Assembly: GCA_010093605.1 (NCBI GenBank) | Contig: MU004195.1 | Location: forward strand, 806,001 to 870,000 | Direction: 5' to 3' | From: Lophium mytilinum | Taxonomy: Eukaryota | Length of the DNA: 64,000 nt | Shown here: one piece after another, positions 34,169-47,320 of the stretch | Position numbering within the stretch: the stretch's first letter is position 1 | Layout: every line of letters starts with the position of its first letter | Position numbers and translations under genes: made by a program | The notes under the pieces: model-generated | What the model saw: only the letters and a program-made list of their open reading frames with translations | The model's database searches: none | Told to the model about the DNA's origin: nothing

Positions 34169-34984
34169 ACAAACGACAGCGCCAAGCTCATTGGTGGCTG
34201 TGGCTGCCTGATTACGCCCCGTTTTGGAGGGAAAGATATGGGCCGTCCTCGCGGAGAGCTGTCGCCGTGAGAGGTTCTATCGAACGACCATTCTCATGTC
34301 CAGATACACTCTTTTACATGCTGAAAGGTTATGGTCGATCTGCCTCATTGCTCTAAGTCAGTCGCGAGTCGGCTATCTACGAAAGACTTTGCTCCAGTCC
34401 CTAGACACATCTGGTGGTTAGTCTGCAGGTGGCTCTCCGTAAAAGACGGCAGAAGCTCGATCTCATCGAGCTTATTGATCCCAAGCATCTCTTTAGGGAC
34501 CCAAAGGTCATTGTAACACTTGGTACGCTCACAATGAGATGCGCCTAGTGGGGCTGTACATCCATATGAGCGGTGAGAAGGTGGCTTGATGCACGGGCCA
34601 TCTCGTTTTCATCGGGTCACCCACGTCGCTCGCTTATTTGAGCACCCTAGCGCATGCCTAGCGCGGAATCTCAGCAAATACTTCGATTACGAGAACGCAT
34701 TCAAACAGAAACACACGCTCACGTAGAATGTTTGCAAACATGTATGAGTAAAGACAGTATTCTACAAAGAGATTCCGGTATCTCCATCCTTGTCCCTGGT
34801 TTTGCCTTTGGAGAAAAGGTATCTCGATTCGTGTCAATAATTTCGATAAATCCTATCTGGGTTGAGACTGCTGCTTTTCCCTTTCCAGCGAAGCCGAAAA
34901 AGTAGCACCCTTGGCCTTGTCACACCCTTCCAATTAGGTGATTAGAATGTATATCAGTATACGATGGCTAGACCAAGACACTTA

Positions 34985-35290
34985 CTAGGCTTCGCTTTGG
35001 TTGATTTGTTTGCTCGTCGGTCCATCAGCGTTGCCGGCGTCCGAGCTCCCATTAGTTACGCTCTCCTCGTCTCCACCACCAGCATTATTGGTGGTCGACC
35101 ATCCGCTGTCACTTTTATGGGCACCATTCTGACTGCCATTCTCAGTCGCTGCTTCCTGTGCTGGCCAAAAAGTATCTCCAAAGTCACCTGCAGAGTTGTC
35201 AGTCTTCCGCTAAGTCGATGGGTCACGTATGATCAAACCGTTGTTCGATATTAGAGTCGTATAGACCTTTTCCTCGGACTGATTGGCCAT
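34985..35290 (-). CDS. Small hypothetical N/S/G/D-rich protein (about 84 aa, one intron)
   Basis: cacaATGGCC start. MANQSEEKVYTTLISNN joins GDFGDTFWPAQEAATENGSQNG..INQSEA* across a GTTTGA..CTGAC..CAG intron. Not in the ORF track. Confidence 0.4.
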
Positions 35291-35421
35291 TGTGTAGAGA
35301 AGATTTTAGAATTGTCTTGCTGAAAGATTGCGGATCTGGAATTATGCAGGAGATATGAAACGACTCTGGTGGAGTATCTTGGTCAAGAACTCGGCTTCAT
35401 TCATATTTCTGGCAAGAATGG

Positions 35422-35625
35422 TGGTCCGGCAACCGAATGATAGAACTTTGAACATCTCTTACACTTGAAGAAGGTTCGGCAACGCCCTTGACAATAATTT
35501 GGAGGTCCGGCAAGCCAGAGCAGGGGCGAAAGTCGCCTCGCTTCATACGCTGAAGGTTCGGCAACCTTCAATCGATAGCTTTAGGTCTAGTCATATCGCG
35601 GCAATTTCGCAAAGAGGTCCGGCAA
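35422..35625. promoter_or_regulatory. Cluster 2 of repeated motif AGGTYCGGCAA
   Basis: Exact copies at 35472, 35503, 35554 and 35615; variant at 35422. Same orientation as cluster 1. Confidence 0.6.
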
Positions 35626-36999
35626 GTGTAAACCATCAAGTCCGGTGGTAAGAAACACAAGCAGGAGGTCGCACCTTCAGAGACAAACCAGCGCACCAAG
35701 GTCTTCGGCGATGATACTTCGCATGACCTTCATACCTCTTCGAGAGTGCCCTACGGGAACCCCCGATATCCACACCACATACGCCACGCCAACAACCGCA
35801 GCCGGCGCCGCTGTCGTCCGTTACCTCGTGCTGGGTTCCCCTTGACGTCTTGGTTCAAACCTTTTGCATGGATATCGCAAACTCTCTACTCTCGTTCTTG
35901 AACGAATGCGGCTCATCCGGTACTCTTTTCCCCGGAATTCACTCAGAGGTTTCCATCCATGCGTAGCCTGTACTCCAGCCGCCTCGTTTTTGGCACCTGC
36001 TACATGTCATCTCGTAACACGTTCGATCCATCTCTTTCGCGTCCCCTCAAACGTCTCTCTAGAGTCACTAACAGACATCGCATACTCTAGTTTCAACATC
36101 AAAGTAGCTGGTGGTGGGCGTCCGAAAACCGCGTTCGATATGTAAAGTATCATCCACAGGATCTGGGTATACAATGCTGCGATAACCTAGGTAGATAGAG
36201 AAAGAGAGTAATACTCTTCCTCGATATCCCAGTCCATCAGCACGATTTCCCCATCCAGCTGGAATACAATGAGTTCCTCCGTGGACCCGAGAACGAGGAG
36301 ATTGCTGAGCACTTGGAACTTGTGGAGGGAAGCGTCAAAGTCGGTAACTTGGAAGGGGTCGCCGCGGGCGCGGTATAAACTCGTCATGGCGAATTGGGCA
36401 AGAAAAGTTAGGACTGTTCAGGCAACGTCTCGGTTGCTGTCACCATATTGCGGCATAGAAGGAGATGCTGATCAAGTTAGCTACTTATAGACGAAAGGTT
36501 CGGGCATGGCCCGTACCATCCGAAGTCCTTCTATCTGGTGTTCAATTCGTTCCGCACGCAACGCCTATTACACTTAGTATTTGGTTCATAAATCGTACTC
36601 TTTTCGTCGCACTTGATGTGACATTTCCGGTGTTGTGGGTACCTTGAGGAATGTCCGGTCGGTATTACCGTGACTTTCATCTTACAAAACATCTCAGTAG
36701 AGAGTATCTTTTAACAATCAATATAGCCGTTAGACGATCCTGATCCTCGATCTATGATCATTGTTTACTTGCTCTGCAGTGGAGGGGGGCTTGGGGGTCG
36801 GAATGTAGTGCGAGAATTTTGGTAACTGTGCTAACCACATAAAGTTTAGCCCACGAATGACCGTTTGACCCCACCTCATGCTAAGGACTTCGCCGTAACC
36901 TCGCCGCATTCATGGATGCGAGAGGACACAGTACTCCTTCTCGACATGAAGTGTACCTATGTCTTTATGCTGGCAGTCTAGCTGGCGGACTCACGAAAC

Positions 37000-37874
37000 A
37001 TGGCTGGCCCGTATTTCATCGGTGGTCTGACTGCTGTTCAACTCACGTTCATGGACGATGTTCCGCAAGAGGGGCCCGGCGGAGCTGCACAATCTGCATG
37101 GGCTTATGCGATGTCTCTCATTACACAGGAGCGCTATTCTGTGGTTACCAGGTGGGGGAGACAGAGTGATGATCTCAGGCGAGTGTACATCCTGATATGT
37201 ACGTTCAAAAATCTGTGCGTTGATACCTGCTGACAGGAACTTATCCAGCTTGCGAAGAAGTAATTTATAATGATAGCGCGAAACCTCCGATGGGCGAGAT
37301 CACATCTACCAGCCTATCATCTACGCTCCTGCCGCTTTTCCCGTACCTTTCAGACGCTCCTCGACTTGTGTACTTGAGAGTACCCAACAACGCCCGAGCG
37401 ATATGGGCACAAGATACTGCGGTAACAATGGCTCTGGATATTATCTATATTCGAGTTACTAGAGACAGCGATTTACAGGCCTTTGTTGATAACCTGCAAT
37501 TTGGGACCTGGATTCTTGGGCCGGGACGAAGAAATTCTCTCAATAGCGATGTTTGCGCGTCACTTCGCGGCTGGTCTGAGCATGGTAGCGACGCGGTGAT
37601 TATTACATACGCTATCTTGATATATTGGGACGATCGCGATAGCGCCGATCGATTCAAAGATCTCACAAGACCATGTTTTTCACATGGACGTCCCGCCGAC
37701 GACACGTGGGGTAGAGAGATCCTCGCATTACTCAGAGAGCTCTCCAGTCGTGGGGCGGCAATTGAGCATGTGAGCGTGGACTTCGGCTCATGGCCTTACT
37801 TACCCATTCCCTATCATCGAAGATACACGAAGAAGCGAGGGCTGTCATTGCCTAGTAGATGCGTCGTGTCTTAA
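37000..37874 (+). CDS. Hypothetical protein, possibly dimeric alpha+beta barrel (ABM-like)
   Basis: Exon 37000-37198, intron 37199-37248 (GTACGT..GCTGAC..CAG) in frame with ORF 37290-37874. Motifs WGRQSDD..VYILI and ILIYWDDRDSADRFKD. Confidence 0.55.
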
Positions 37875-37995
37875 CGGCATAGAGCGTCGATGCGAAATGA
37901 TACCTATCTGAGATCAAATCAAAGCCTTGCGTCGCAAAATATTTATCCTGTCTTCCTCTTCAAGTTCGGTCGAATTACATGGTAGCGTCTCCACA

Positions 37996-39411
37996 TCATG
38001 CCAGTCTTTGTGCGTATCCATGGCTCCAATCCCAGTCCTTCAGATACATTGCAATCGCAAAAAAAGAAAAGCTGTCTGGGTTTCTTGGTGCAAGATCTGG
38101 CTTACGTTTTGCTAGATCGACACAATTCGCATATCCGTATGCTAACACGTCCGTATTTGTTTCTTCATACTTGTTAGTCTTTGTGTTCCACATCGTCACC
38201 CTTTGGGTTATCTTGTTGCCAGCGTCGTCGTATATTGCCTGATCTTTCACTATGCAACCTAAGTCAGCTTCCATCGGCTGGAGGTTGCAATAAATAATGG
38301 GAGCTTACAAGCTCCGACCATATGGAGCATCTCGTGAATAAGTGTTATCGCCATGCCGCCAGTCTTGTCCAAATCACTACTCTTTGTTTGACTGGAGAAG
38401 GGTTTTTTCTTGTCCGCATAGATTTCTTGGGCCTGTTGAAGGTTCAAATCAGTATTCTCCAAACACGTTGAGGGATCACAACATACTTTGATGTCGACTA
38501 CTTGATCCAGACCCTGTAATTACACGTTGTTTGGAGGGTCTCCTTGAATGGTTAGGGTTGGGACACTTACAGCTTTGCACAAAGTGATGATTCCCAAACT
38601 CATATCAGTCTCAGCCATATAGTCTTTATCGAACCCGCAGATAGGACCTTTCTTGCTGGAGACGCCTAGTACTTTCTTTGGCGGAGGCCCTTCCCGATAG
38701 TGTGATTCGGTGCCGACGCGATTTTTGGAGTACCACACACCCCCACTCCCACACATAGTCGATTCTAAACGGATACTAGTCAGGGTGAATGCGAGTCTAG
38801 ATGGCCATGGAACCTACGAGTCTCGCTGATCTTCTTGCCCGGCTGCTCTGGGTCCTCCCTCGTTTCTTTTAGCCACTACAATTGACGTGTTAGTAGGAGA
38901 TAATTCCAATCTTAGTCGAAGGACCAACCTCCCAATCCGCATCGGTGCAATATATACTCCACTTTCCAATTGACCCGTCACATGCGTGCATCAGAGAAAA
39001 AAGGTTGGTATCTATTACGCTGAGACGGGTCATTGAGTCAAAAACTCCTCTATCGTCAAAACGAGATCCAAACATAGCTGCACTCATCGGGTTGATCCGC
39101 AGCTGTTCCTGGGCCCAATTTGCAGGTTTCTCGGTCTCCGTATTGGCAGCCGATCTCATGAAGTTGATGGCATCATTTGCGGCAGATATCGCATCGCATG
39201 CATCTTTCCAGGCTGTCGTGAGCCGCGCCTTGTGGTCTCGGCACCCTCCGTCAGATTCTTTGGCATCCAAGATATTGAAGCATTCCTGCCATTTGTCAGT
39301 TATCCAATGTCATGAACTTGGACAGCGTGTCCTTACTTCAAAGACTCCGAATCCGGCGTACGCGGAGACCACAAGAAGAGATAGAGGATAAAAGAGGAGA
39401 GAACGCCGCAT
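37996..39411 (-). CDS. Secreted HEXXH zinc metalloprotease-like protein (aspzincin / M35-like), multi-exon
   Basis: Signal peptide MRRSLLFYPLSLLVVSAYA; GIITLC; TLIHEMLH; DVLAYGYANCVDLA..NPDSFSFFA (HEXXH plus D..YG and NxDS motifs). Several short introns. Confidence 0.72.
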
Positions 39412-40188
39412 GATATGGCAGTTTTGGTGGATATGAGAGGAGAAGAGAACGGTTAGATAACTGGAAACAATTCACCTCTCTCCAACTTATGTTGAACAGC
39501 ACGGGGCCTGACAGAGACATCTACGTTGCAGAAGCAAATGTATACGTAACGTTGTCTTTCTGCGCCGTATCCGCCCCTGCAACCAAATGGCACAGGAGCC
39601 TTCTTCGTCTTCTGAAACTACAGTCGACATATCAACAGGAACACCAACATCCTTGGCGTTTGCTCGATGGTTAATGTGAGTCGGTATTCGGTGGAGGCTC
39701 ACATGGATAAGATAAATCCTGAATCCTGTCGATATGGAGTTTCAAAGTTGATATCATGCGAGTCACGTCAGAAGTCCTCGCCACATGACCCTTCTATGCG
39801 GCCTCTTATAGACCCAAAGTTTCATCTCTAATCCTAGGGCATTTCCGCGCCGTGATATCTGAGGCCATCAATATCAACAATGGGCTTAGTCCTTGAAAGA
39901 TCAGGCATCTGAACCATGCGGATTTTGGGCGGCTGCAGCACATGCGGCACGACAAACAGTCCACGTATCGCTTCCGGGATGAAAGCAGTCGTCATTCCTC
40001 CATTGGACTCGCCGCAAGTACGCTGAATTCTGTAAAGGACACGTTGCTTTCTTCAGCTGAACCTCATATACTTGCAAGTTTCATGGCAAAATAGTCTCTC
40101 TTATCCAGGCCTTTTCGTCGTGCTATTGAGCACATCACCATAATCCCCATTATTCATAAGCAAGTCTCCGAACTTCAATCTCTTTGCC

Positions 40189-42955
40189 ATGAAGACCATA
40201 GCTTCTTTCGTTCTTCTCTGCAGCTGGGTACCATTTGGTAAAGCCCAGTCTTCCAACGCACCGAATCACTCAAGTGCGCTGCAGCTTTCGGGTGAGCAGC
40301 TCCAGGCCCAGCCTACGACTCAATCAGGTGCCGATATTTGGCAACGTGGTGGTAAAGTCCCGAAAATGCCAGGAAAGATTCACCCTCCATACGTAAACGG
40401 CTCTGAGACTACCATTAGTGGACAATCAGGTTCAGTTGGACTGCCTCTGACTGATGTGAAAACCAGCGGGCTAGTTGGAGCAACAGGGATTACGTCCATA
40501 AGCGAAGCTGAGCCCACCTCAAACCCCTTGTCACCATCAAGTATATTCATTCCAGGGCTGCCTGCTTCAGGTTCTTCCTCAGCAGCTTCGCCTTCTGTGC
40601 CTATATCTGGAGCAAGTCTACCAGCAGACCAAACTCCAAATGGGCCTTCAATTTTAGAGTCGTCGCTACCAACGACTTCGTCTCAGGTCACACTTGGTGG
40701 ACTTTCGACAGCAGATACATCTATGGGACAGTCTTCATCTTCGGTGCCAGGTCTAGCACAGCCTTCTTCCGAACAACTTCCAACACCGCTATCTTCACCA
40801 GGGTTAGCTATAACAACAGGACCATCCGCGTCAACGGGACAGCTATTTCCAATCATAATCCCAATTCCGAGCAGCGGCGGCGTAGAAACTGCCATTAGCG
40901 GCTCCTTGACTGAAGTATACTCGTTTTCTACTATAGAAAGTATGAAGTCCTTGACAGCGGCGACCACTGTCACCACGGCTATAGTACAGACCAATTCAAA
41001 GGGAGATGAAGCGACGACTTTGATCCCAATGTAAGTGCAAATCTTTGTATGTTTAGCCAAGTGTTTTATTAACAGTCTGATAGAATAATTGGACCTGGAG
41101 GTGAGAGTTGCCGAGCATATGTGACGAAAGCTTTATTGACTTGGATTAGGCGTCGTCATGTACAACTTGCCCAAGATACCTACGCCAAATGTGCCATTAG
41201 TTCCAATTGGACCTTTAAGTCTACCCAAGGTCCCCAGCTGCCCCTTTTATTTGAAAATTCTTGGTCTTTGCCCGAAAGCTCCGAAAGATCCCTCAGATCC
41301 CTCAGATCCCAATGACCCTTCGGATCCTAACGACCCTAAGAACACTGGAGATCCAACCGACAAGCCAGAGGAATCGTCAGCTGAGACCTCGAAAGCTTCA
41401 TCTAGCACATCTTCTTCTAGCTGTACAGCAACCAACAAATTTCCCCAGTGCACAGCATTCTGTACTCCAATAGCTGTGGGTCCCTCCAGCACCACGACGA
41501 GTTGCGCGACCACCGCATGCAGTACTATCACCGCATGTACGGGAAAAGCTGCCACAATCACCACAATGTCCTCGAAGCCTGCACCGGCGTGCTCGATGCC
41601 AACCGAAAGCCAGCCTTATACCCGAGATCCAAATGGTGATTCGGATGCAGTCAAGACCTCTGTTTGGTACTATCTCGAGGGCCTATTTGAGAAAATTGTC
41701 CCTCATTACGTGGGACTGGCAACAACCTTTGGTACCATGACATCTTCCGGGGCGTTTTCAACGCAGTCTACGGAGGGTTCTTCACAGCAATCTATAGCAG
41801 GTTCTGCACAGCAATCTATCGCCAATTCCTCACAGCAGTCTACAGCAAACCCATCACAGCAATCTATCGCCAACTCTTCACAGCAGCCTACAGCAATCCC
41901 ATCACAGCAATCGACAGCAGACCTTTCCCAGCAATCTGCAGCGGACTCTTCACAGCAGTCTATGGCAGATCCTTCGCAGCAGTCCACAGCGGAGTCCCCA
42001 CAGAGATCTACAGCAGACTCTTTACTGCAGTCTACAGTGGGCTCTTCACAGCAATCTACGGCCGTTTCTCCGCAGCAATCTACAGCGATCTCTACAACAC
42101 AATCTATATTGTCTTCTCCAACAGCACAGAGCAGTGCAATGGGCTGTACATATATCAATGCATTACTCCACCCAATCAAGGCACTGTGTGCTGTACCCAA
42201 ATACTGCGATTGCGCGGGTACCCCGGCCATTCCATTGACCTCAACGGTTTCTGGGACACCATATTTGCATTGCGACTTCTCTTCGCAGCCAACCGTCAGC
42301 GAGTGCCCATCTCCGCCATCTGTTATCCCTTGGACTCCAACTCCCACGCCAACACCTGCTACAACTACACCGCCACCGCAGCCGCCTGCAACATCCGCAG
42401 TGATAGCTCCACCGTTCGAGCCCGGAACATGCAGGATTCACATCAAGCAGTGGTCCACGAGCGACGAACCCTGGCAGCCCTCAGTCATGCGAGGTGCCCT
42501 CCAAATATTCGATGGCAGTGGGAAGCATATCTACTCTGACAATGGGTCTCAAAACGCAGATTGGGGCGGGAGCGCCATAGCGTCAATGTCTAATAGTTTA
42601 CTTCCCTACGACGTCATAGTCACCTTCTCAACAGATCTGCCAAAGAAAAGGGCACGCTCGAATTTTGGTCGTTTGCTACGAATTCGCGTAGTCGTTGTGC
42701 CGATGTCCTATCCGGAGCAGACTTGGATGAGACGTCTTGTGAAGATTGACGCTGGGGATTCGCATTGGGACTACTCGAAAACGGGTGGGGGGAACCCGTA
42801 TTGCACTGTGGGTGCTTGGGACACTGATACCTGGGTTGGTTACTCGAAGCTTAAGCCGGTAAGATATGCCAGGCTCCCCTTTGATCATGCTAAGACTTGA
42901 GGATGGCTAATCCGAATACTAGAATCGAAATGCGGATTGCTACTGGACATGTTAA
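40189..42955 (+). CDS. Large secreted Ser/Thr/Pro-rich (mucin-like) protein with Cys-rich modules
   Basis: Signal peptide MKTIASFVLLCSWVPFGKA; introns near 41030-41082, 41101-41149 and 42859-42922; C-terminal GTCRIHIKQW..CTVGAWD..NRNADCYWTC*. Confidence 0.75.
41758..42117 (+). repeat. Coding minisatellite, about 15 x 24 bp (SQQSTAxS)
   Basis: Units STQSTEGS, SQQSIAGS, AQQSIANS, SQQSTANP ... TTQSILSS. Confidence 0.9.
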
Positions 42956-43164
42956 AGGGCGTTGAAATTTATGATATCGGAGAGCAGCCGTACTTTGTGA
43001 GGTCTTATTTAAGTGCTGACTCTATCAAAACACGTTTGTCACAAGTGTGGACATTCTTGTACCCTTACTTAATACAATGGGCATCAGGCCTTCAAGCTAG
43101 AAAATGGTCTCGTACGTCCGTCATATTCACATGAATTGATGTTTGAACCTACCTAGGTTTAGTC

Positions 43165-43199
43165 TGTGGCTTGTAGCTTGTGGCTTGTGGCTTGTGGCT
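43165..43199. repeat. (TGTGGCT)5 tandem repeat
   Basis: Five 7-bp units with one mismatch. Confidence 0.85.
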
Positions 43200-43421
43200 G
43201 TGCTTTTCTTGATCCACGACCCCAGGTGCGCATCTATAACCTCTTCGCTTCAATCTGCTGTACCGCAACAATCTTCCCCGCTTTGTTTCCGACTGATTCC
43301 AAGAGGACACATATACGTCCTCCTCCAAGTATGCTGTGATAACGTCGAAGCATTCTAGCTGCTTTCGACGAATCCGCTCCTAGCTATTACCGCTTCGTAC
43401 CCATTTAGCATATACCTCACT

Positions 43422-44140
43422 ATGACTGCACGCATCCCGACCCCTCCCGCCAATCCCGAAGAAATCACCATCTTTGTTTTTGGCGGACTCTACACCGGCA
43501 AAACTCGCATAATAGATCGCGTAAGTAAACTTCAAGCAGTGCCCCCGCACACACGTCTCACCATCCCCAGTACTGGCTCAACCAGTACAATACAGAGTAT
43601 TATTGTCCTTACCTTCTTAACACATACAATACGCGCATGAGCTGTACGATAGCAGGAATACCATGCATGCTTACGTTCAACGAGATCGACATTCCCGAAG
43701 AATGGATCCGCGACCCAACGGGGATTGATAGGCTGTGGGGAAAGCTCACAACATTTCCTCATGCTGCGATGCTCGTCTATGAAGTTGGTAGCCTCAGAAC
43801 GCTTGAGACACTACAAACGACATGGCCCCCTGTACAGCGGTACTTTGAGAGAGGCGAGTGCAGGGTCATAAAGGTTGTGGCTGCTAAATCGGATGACGTG
43901 GGTACAGTTAGCGTTGAAGGGGCAGTTACGTGGGCGAAAAAAGTGGGTGCAACTTTTGCGCAGTGTTCGGCGCGAGAGGGGACAGGAGTCATAGAGGCTG
44001 TGGGGAGCCTGGTCCTAGCGGTGTTGGAGCAGAGGAAGCGAGAGAAAGAAGTCGCTTCGCCGCAGGAGAAGACGCACGATCCCAACATACCCCGATTCGC
44101 ACGCATTATCCAGAATCTGAGGCATCGGATTTGCGGTTAG
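43422..44140 (+). CDS. Divergent Ras-like small GTPase
   Basis: Exon 43422-43520, intron 43521-43570, in frame to 44140. G1 GGLYTGKT, AMLVYEV, G4-like AKSD and G5 CSAR are present; no DxxG G3 box. Confidence 0.75.
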
Positions 44141-44414
44141 AGGAAGCCACAAATTCCCTTCCCTAAAGTCGTTACGGTTGGTTTAATCCTCACGCTATTC
44201 TAGTCAATGTTTCTTTGTTTGGAATATGTCACTTCTATGCCTCACTTAAACTTTTCGTCGGGATGTCTATCAACTGGCCTCTCATACGCAGCTCGTGCAA
44301 ATAAAGGCACTCTCGTTTTTCCCGCGAGAAAAAAGAACGAGGATGATGCAAGAAGAATTTGCAACACCTATCCACCTGGCCAGCCTCACTGTTGGGCCAT
44401 TCGAAGGCCCTGCC

Positions 44415-46739
44415 TTACGTGCTTCGGCCCCAGCAAAAACATTCATTTTCATGTCCCCCCAGTTTCCAGTACATTATCGAAAAACGTGAGAGGAGAGTAG
44501 AAGCCAGAAGGAAAATCTGATAAATCTTTTTGTTAGTTGTAATCGGCATGACTGAGTGTGCTTCTCACATTGATTATTGAACGTTACGCCAAATCCATTC
44601 AAAGGCATGCCATCAAAATCCGTCAGAAAGTCGTAAGAAGCGGACCCACTTCCGTCCTCGGAGTCTGCAGACGTTTCTGTGTTTCCAAGGACAATACTCA
44701 AAGCTTTCGCTACTTTTCCAGCTTCCGCCGATGCGGTACTCATTTGAAGCCAAATCTCATGCGAGATCGTTAGTCGTCGTCGAATCTCTTCAGTCTGTCC
44801 TGCAGTCTCAGACAATTCAAATTTATCGATGTCTTGAAGGTAGAGACAGAGCACGCTCGTTGCGAGGAGAACATCCTGGTTGAAAATATGCGTGACCTTC
44901 CATCTAAGCTGAGCCAAACGACCAAATGGCTGAGACTCTTCGTGAAGCATCTGCTGAAACGATAGAATTTTGAGTGCGGAATCTAAACAAATTCGCACCG
45001 ACTCCCTGTCGCGATCTTGAGACTCGGACTGTCGAACTGGATAGCTGATCAGAGCTCTCCGGTACAGGAGGATGCGTGATTTGTAGTAGGTCGTTTCTAC
45101 ACTTACCCGCGCTATCACAAGGTTTGGACTATCCGTGATGGGGTGTTGCATAGTTTCCCAGCGCAGCACGGGCGGAGTAGCACAATTGTGTACGTCTTCA
45201 AGAAGTGCGTCGATCTTCTTGACCTTGTCGTAGGAAGGGGGGTTAATATCGGTGTTGACGTCGCAAATCAAGCCGAGAGCTGATATCAATCGCCCTTTTG
45301 CAATGAGAGGGAGCACCGGCGTCCATTCTGTTTCTGGCCTGGGCGGAGGCATCTCGCTCGTGTCCTCGTCAAAATCACAGTCGCGCAGATTACGGGGCGG
45401 TCTTGTATCGATGTGCGTATCTGTGGCACTTCGAGGAAGACCCAGCTCCAAGGAAAGAGCGAGATCTAATACAAGGATTGTAGTCCAGATGCGTCTACGC
45501 ATCTCACTCTCGAATGGAGATATTCCGGGAAAGTGATCTGGGTCCCGGTGATAGCCCATGCGCATTGCAATATGAAGTGTCATACTGATCAAAAGCAAGC
45601 CATCGGTAGCGCTGTTTTTCAAGAGTATGAACTCTCCAGTAAGGACCATTATGAGGGTTTCCAGGATACATGGTCCTCCTGTCGTATACCTGGCCAGAAT
45701 AAGACACTGAACGGCCTTCTCCCGGAAGGCGTCCTTCAAAGTAAGATATTGCGCTTTAAGCGATTCGGCTCGTCCGTCGTTGACGTCAATGGTGAAGGTC
45801 TGCAACTGCGCAGCAATATATAACATGGAGAACATAAGACCGATCCAAGCAATGGAAGTTTCAGACGTATCTTGCCAGAAGGCTTCGTACTGGTCAAATG
45901 TCAGACTGCTTATAATACTAATCGGCCAGATTAGAAAGAACCCACCTCTCGGAGAAACTTCTTGCTATGAATGAGATCTACAGCACCCAGTCAATGCCTT
46001 TGAGAGCGGGAAGAAAGCTTGGATGTACTGACACGGAGTGATAATGTAGGTGTCGAAGTGAAGGGCCATAAGGCGGTCAACAACTGGACGAGGAGGAACA
46101 GCAGCCAGTATCTCATCTCGAGTTGCATGACGGTTCGGGCCATAGAACAAGTGTGAACCGGGTGGAACCTTGCTATCGGTGACCAAGTCCTCCTTCAGTC
46201 CCCTGATTTTGGTAAGAATGGCCTCCCAATGGGCACTCTGGACATAGCTGGTTCCAGACTCGCGCAACTTTAGGGTGCCAGGGTCTGCCGGGGATGCAGC
46301 TTCATCCTGGGATTTCTTTGGTCTCCGGATTTCAGGGAACACACCTGCATCTGCGAATGATAACGAGCTTGGTCTCGGTGATTTCGGTGCGGGCGGACTG
46401 GGGAGAGATTGGCCTTCCATGAGCGTCACGACAAGACTCTCCAGTTCAGATATTCTACCATGGAGGCTAGTGGACTGTCGCGGAGCAACGGACGGCTGAG
46501 CATCAGGCGTAGAAGAAGATGATGTTGTCGCATAATTGCAGGAGTTGGTGAGGCCACGCCTTGAGCAAGCTCCGCATGGGTGCTGTCGGTCGCACCTAAG
46601 CCTAGCAAAGTTCAGCGTGCACGACTCTGTGATGGCTATCGAGCACGTACTTTCGGTGTTTACAAGGGTCGCAGGAAAGCTGGACTTTGTCTCTGCGTCG
46701 ATTTGGCGGCGGACGCGGACGTTGAGCATTGTCGGCCAT
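44415..46739 (-). CDS. Zn2Cys6 transcription factor with fungal-specific TF (middle homology) domain
   Basis: Spliced SCDPCKHRKLRCDRQHPCGACSRRGLTNSC; IAMRMGYHRDP..EMRRRIW; several introns; 3' end approximate. Confidence 0.92.
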
Positions 46740-47320
46740 GGTGTGACTGGATTGAGGCGATCGCGGAGCTTCACCTCCAGCTCGTACGCCGCAATCTGGG
46801 TATGCCCAAAGAGGAATTGTCCTCTGGTCCGTTCTGAAACACTTTCACAGCCACTTCAAGAAGAGAGAGAAGCTGTCTGGCGGCGCAAACCGAGAGGCGA
46901 TGGAGAAAGCAACGACAGTCCAATCCCTGACCGTCCAACCCTCCGCGGCACCCTCCGCTTCGAACGTCCGTGCGCTCCTCCAACCCTCCGCTTCCGCTCT
47001 CCGAGCTCCTATTCTATTAAGCAAATCTCCAGTTTGGCTCCGCATTCACGGACCATTTTGCAGATTTATCTCCTGTTCTCAGATATGAAGGAATTAAAGG
47101 AGTTAGGCTTCCTAACCCCGCGAATGGAACTTCCCCACAATGCTAGGGTCATCTGTATTGAAAAACTCGTAGATATAAAACTAAAAGCCTCTCTTTCCTA
47201 TCGTTTCTCTCTTCCAAACAACATCCACTCCTTAATTCGTCTTATTTATACCATCCACTCGTTAATCTATCTTATTGCTGTTGAATACCGAGTACCTAAC
47301 ACGACCTACCAACACCACTC

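Noticed and set aside
33991..35625. CRISPR-like array
   Set aside because: The repeat is only 11 bp with irregular spacing, in a eukaryotic locus with no cas genes.
35650..36400. Possible minus-strand gene starting at 36387 (MTSLYRARGDPF..)
   Set aside because: Stops after 66 codons; no consistent spliced model or recognisable domain could be built.
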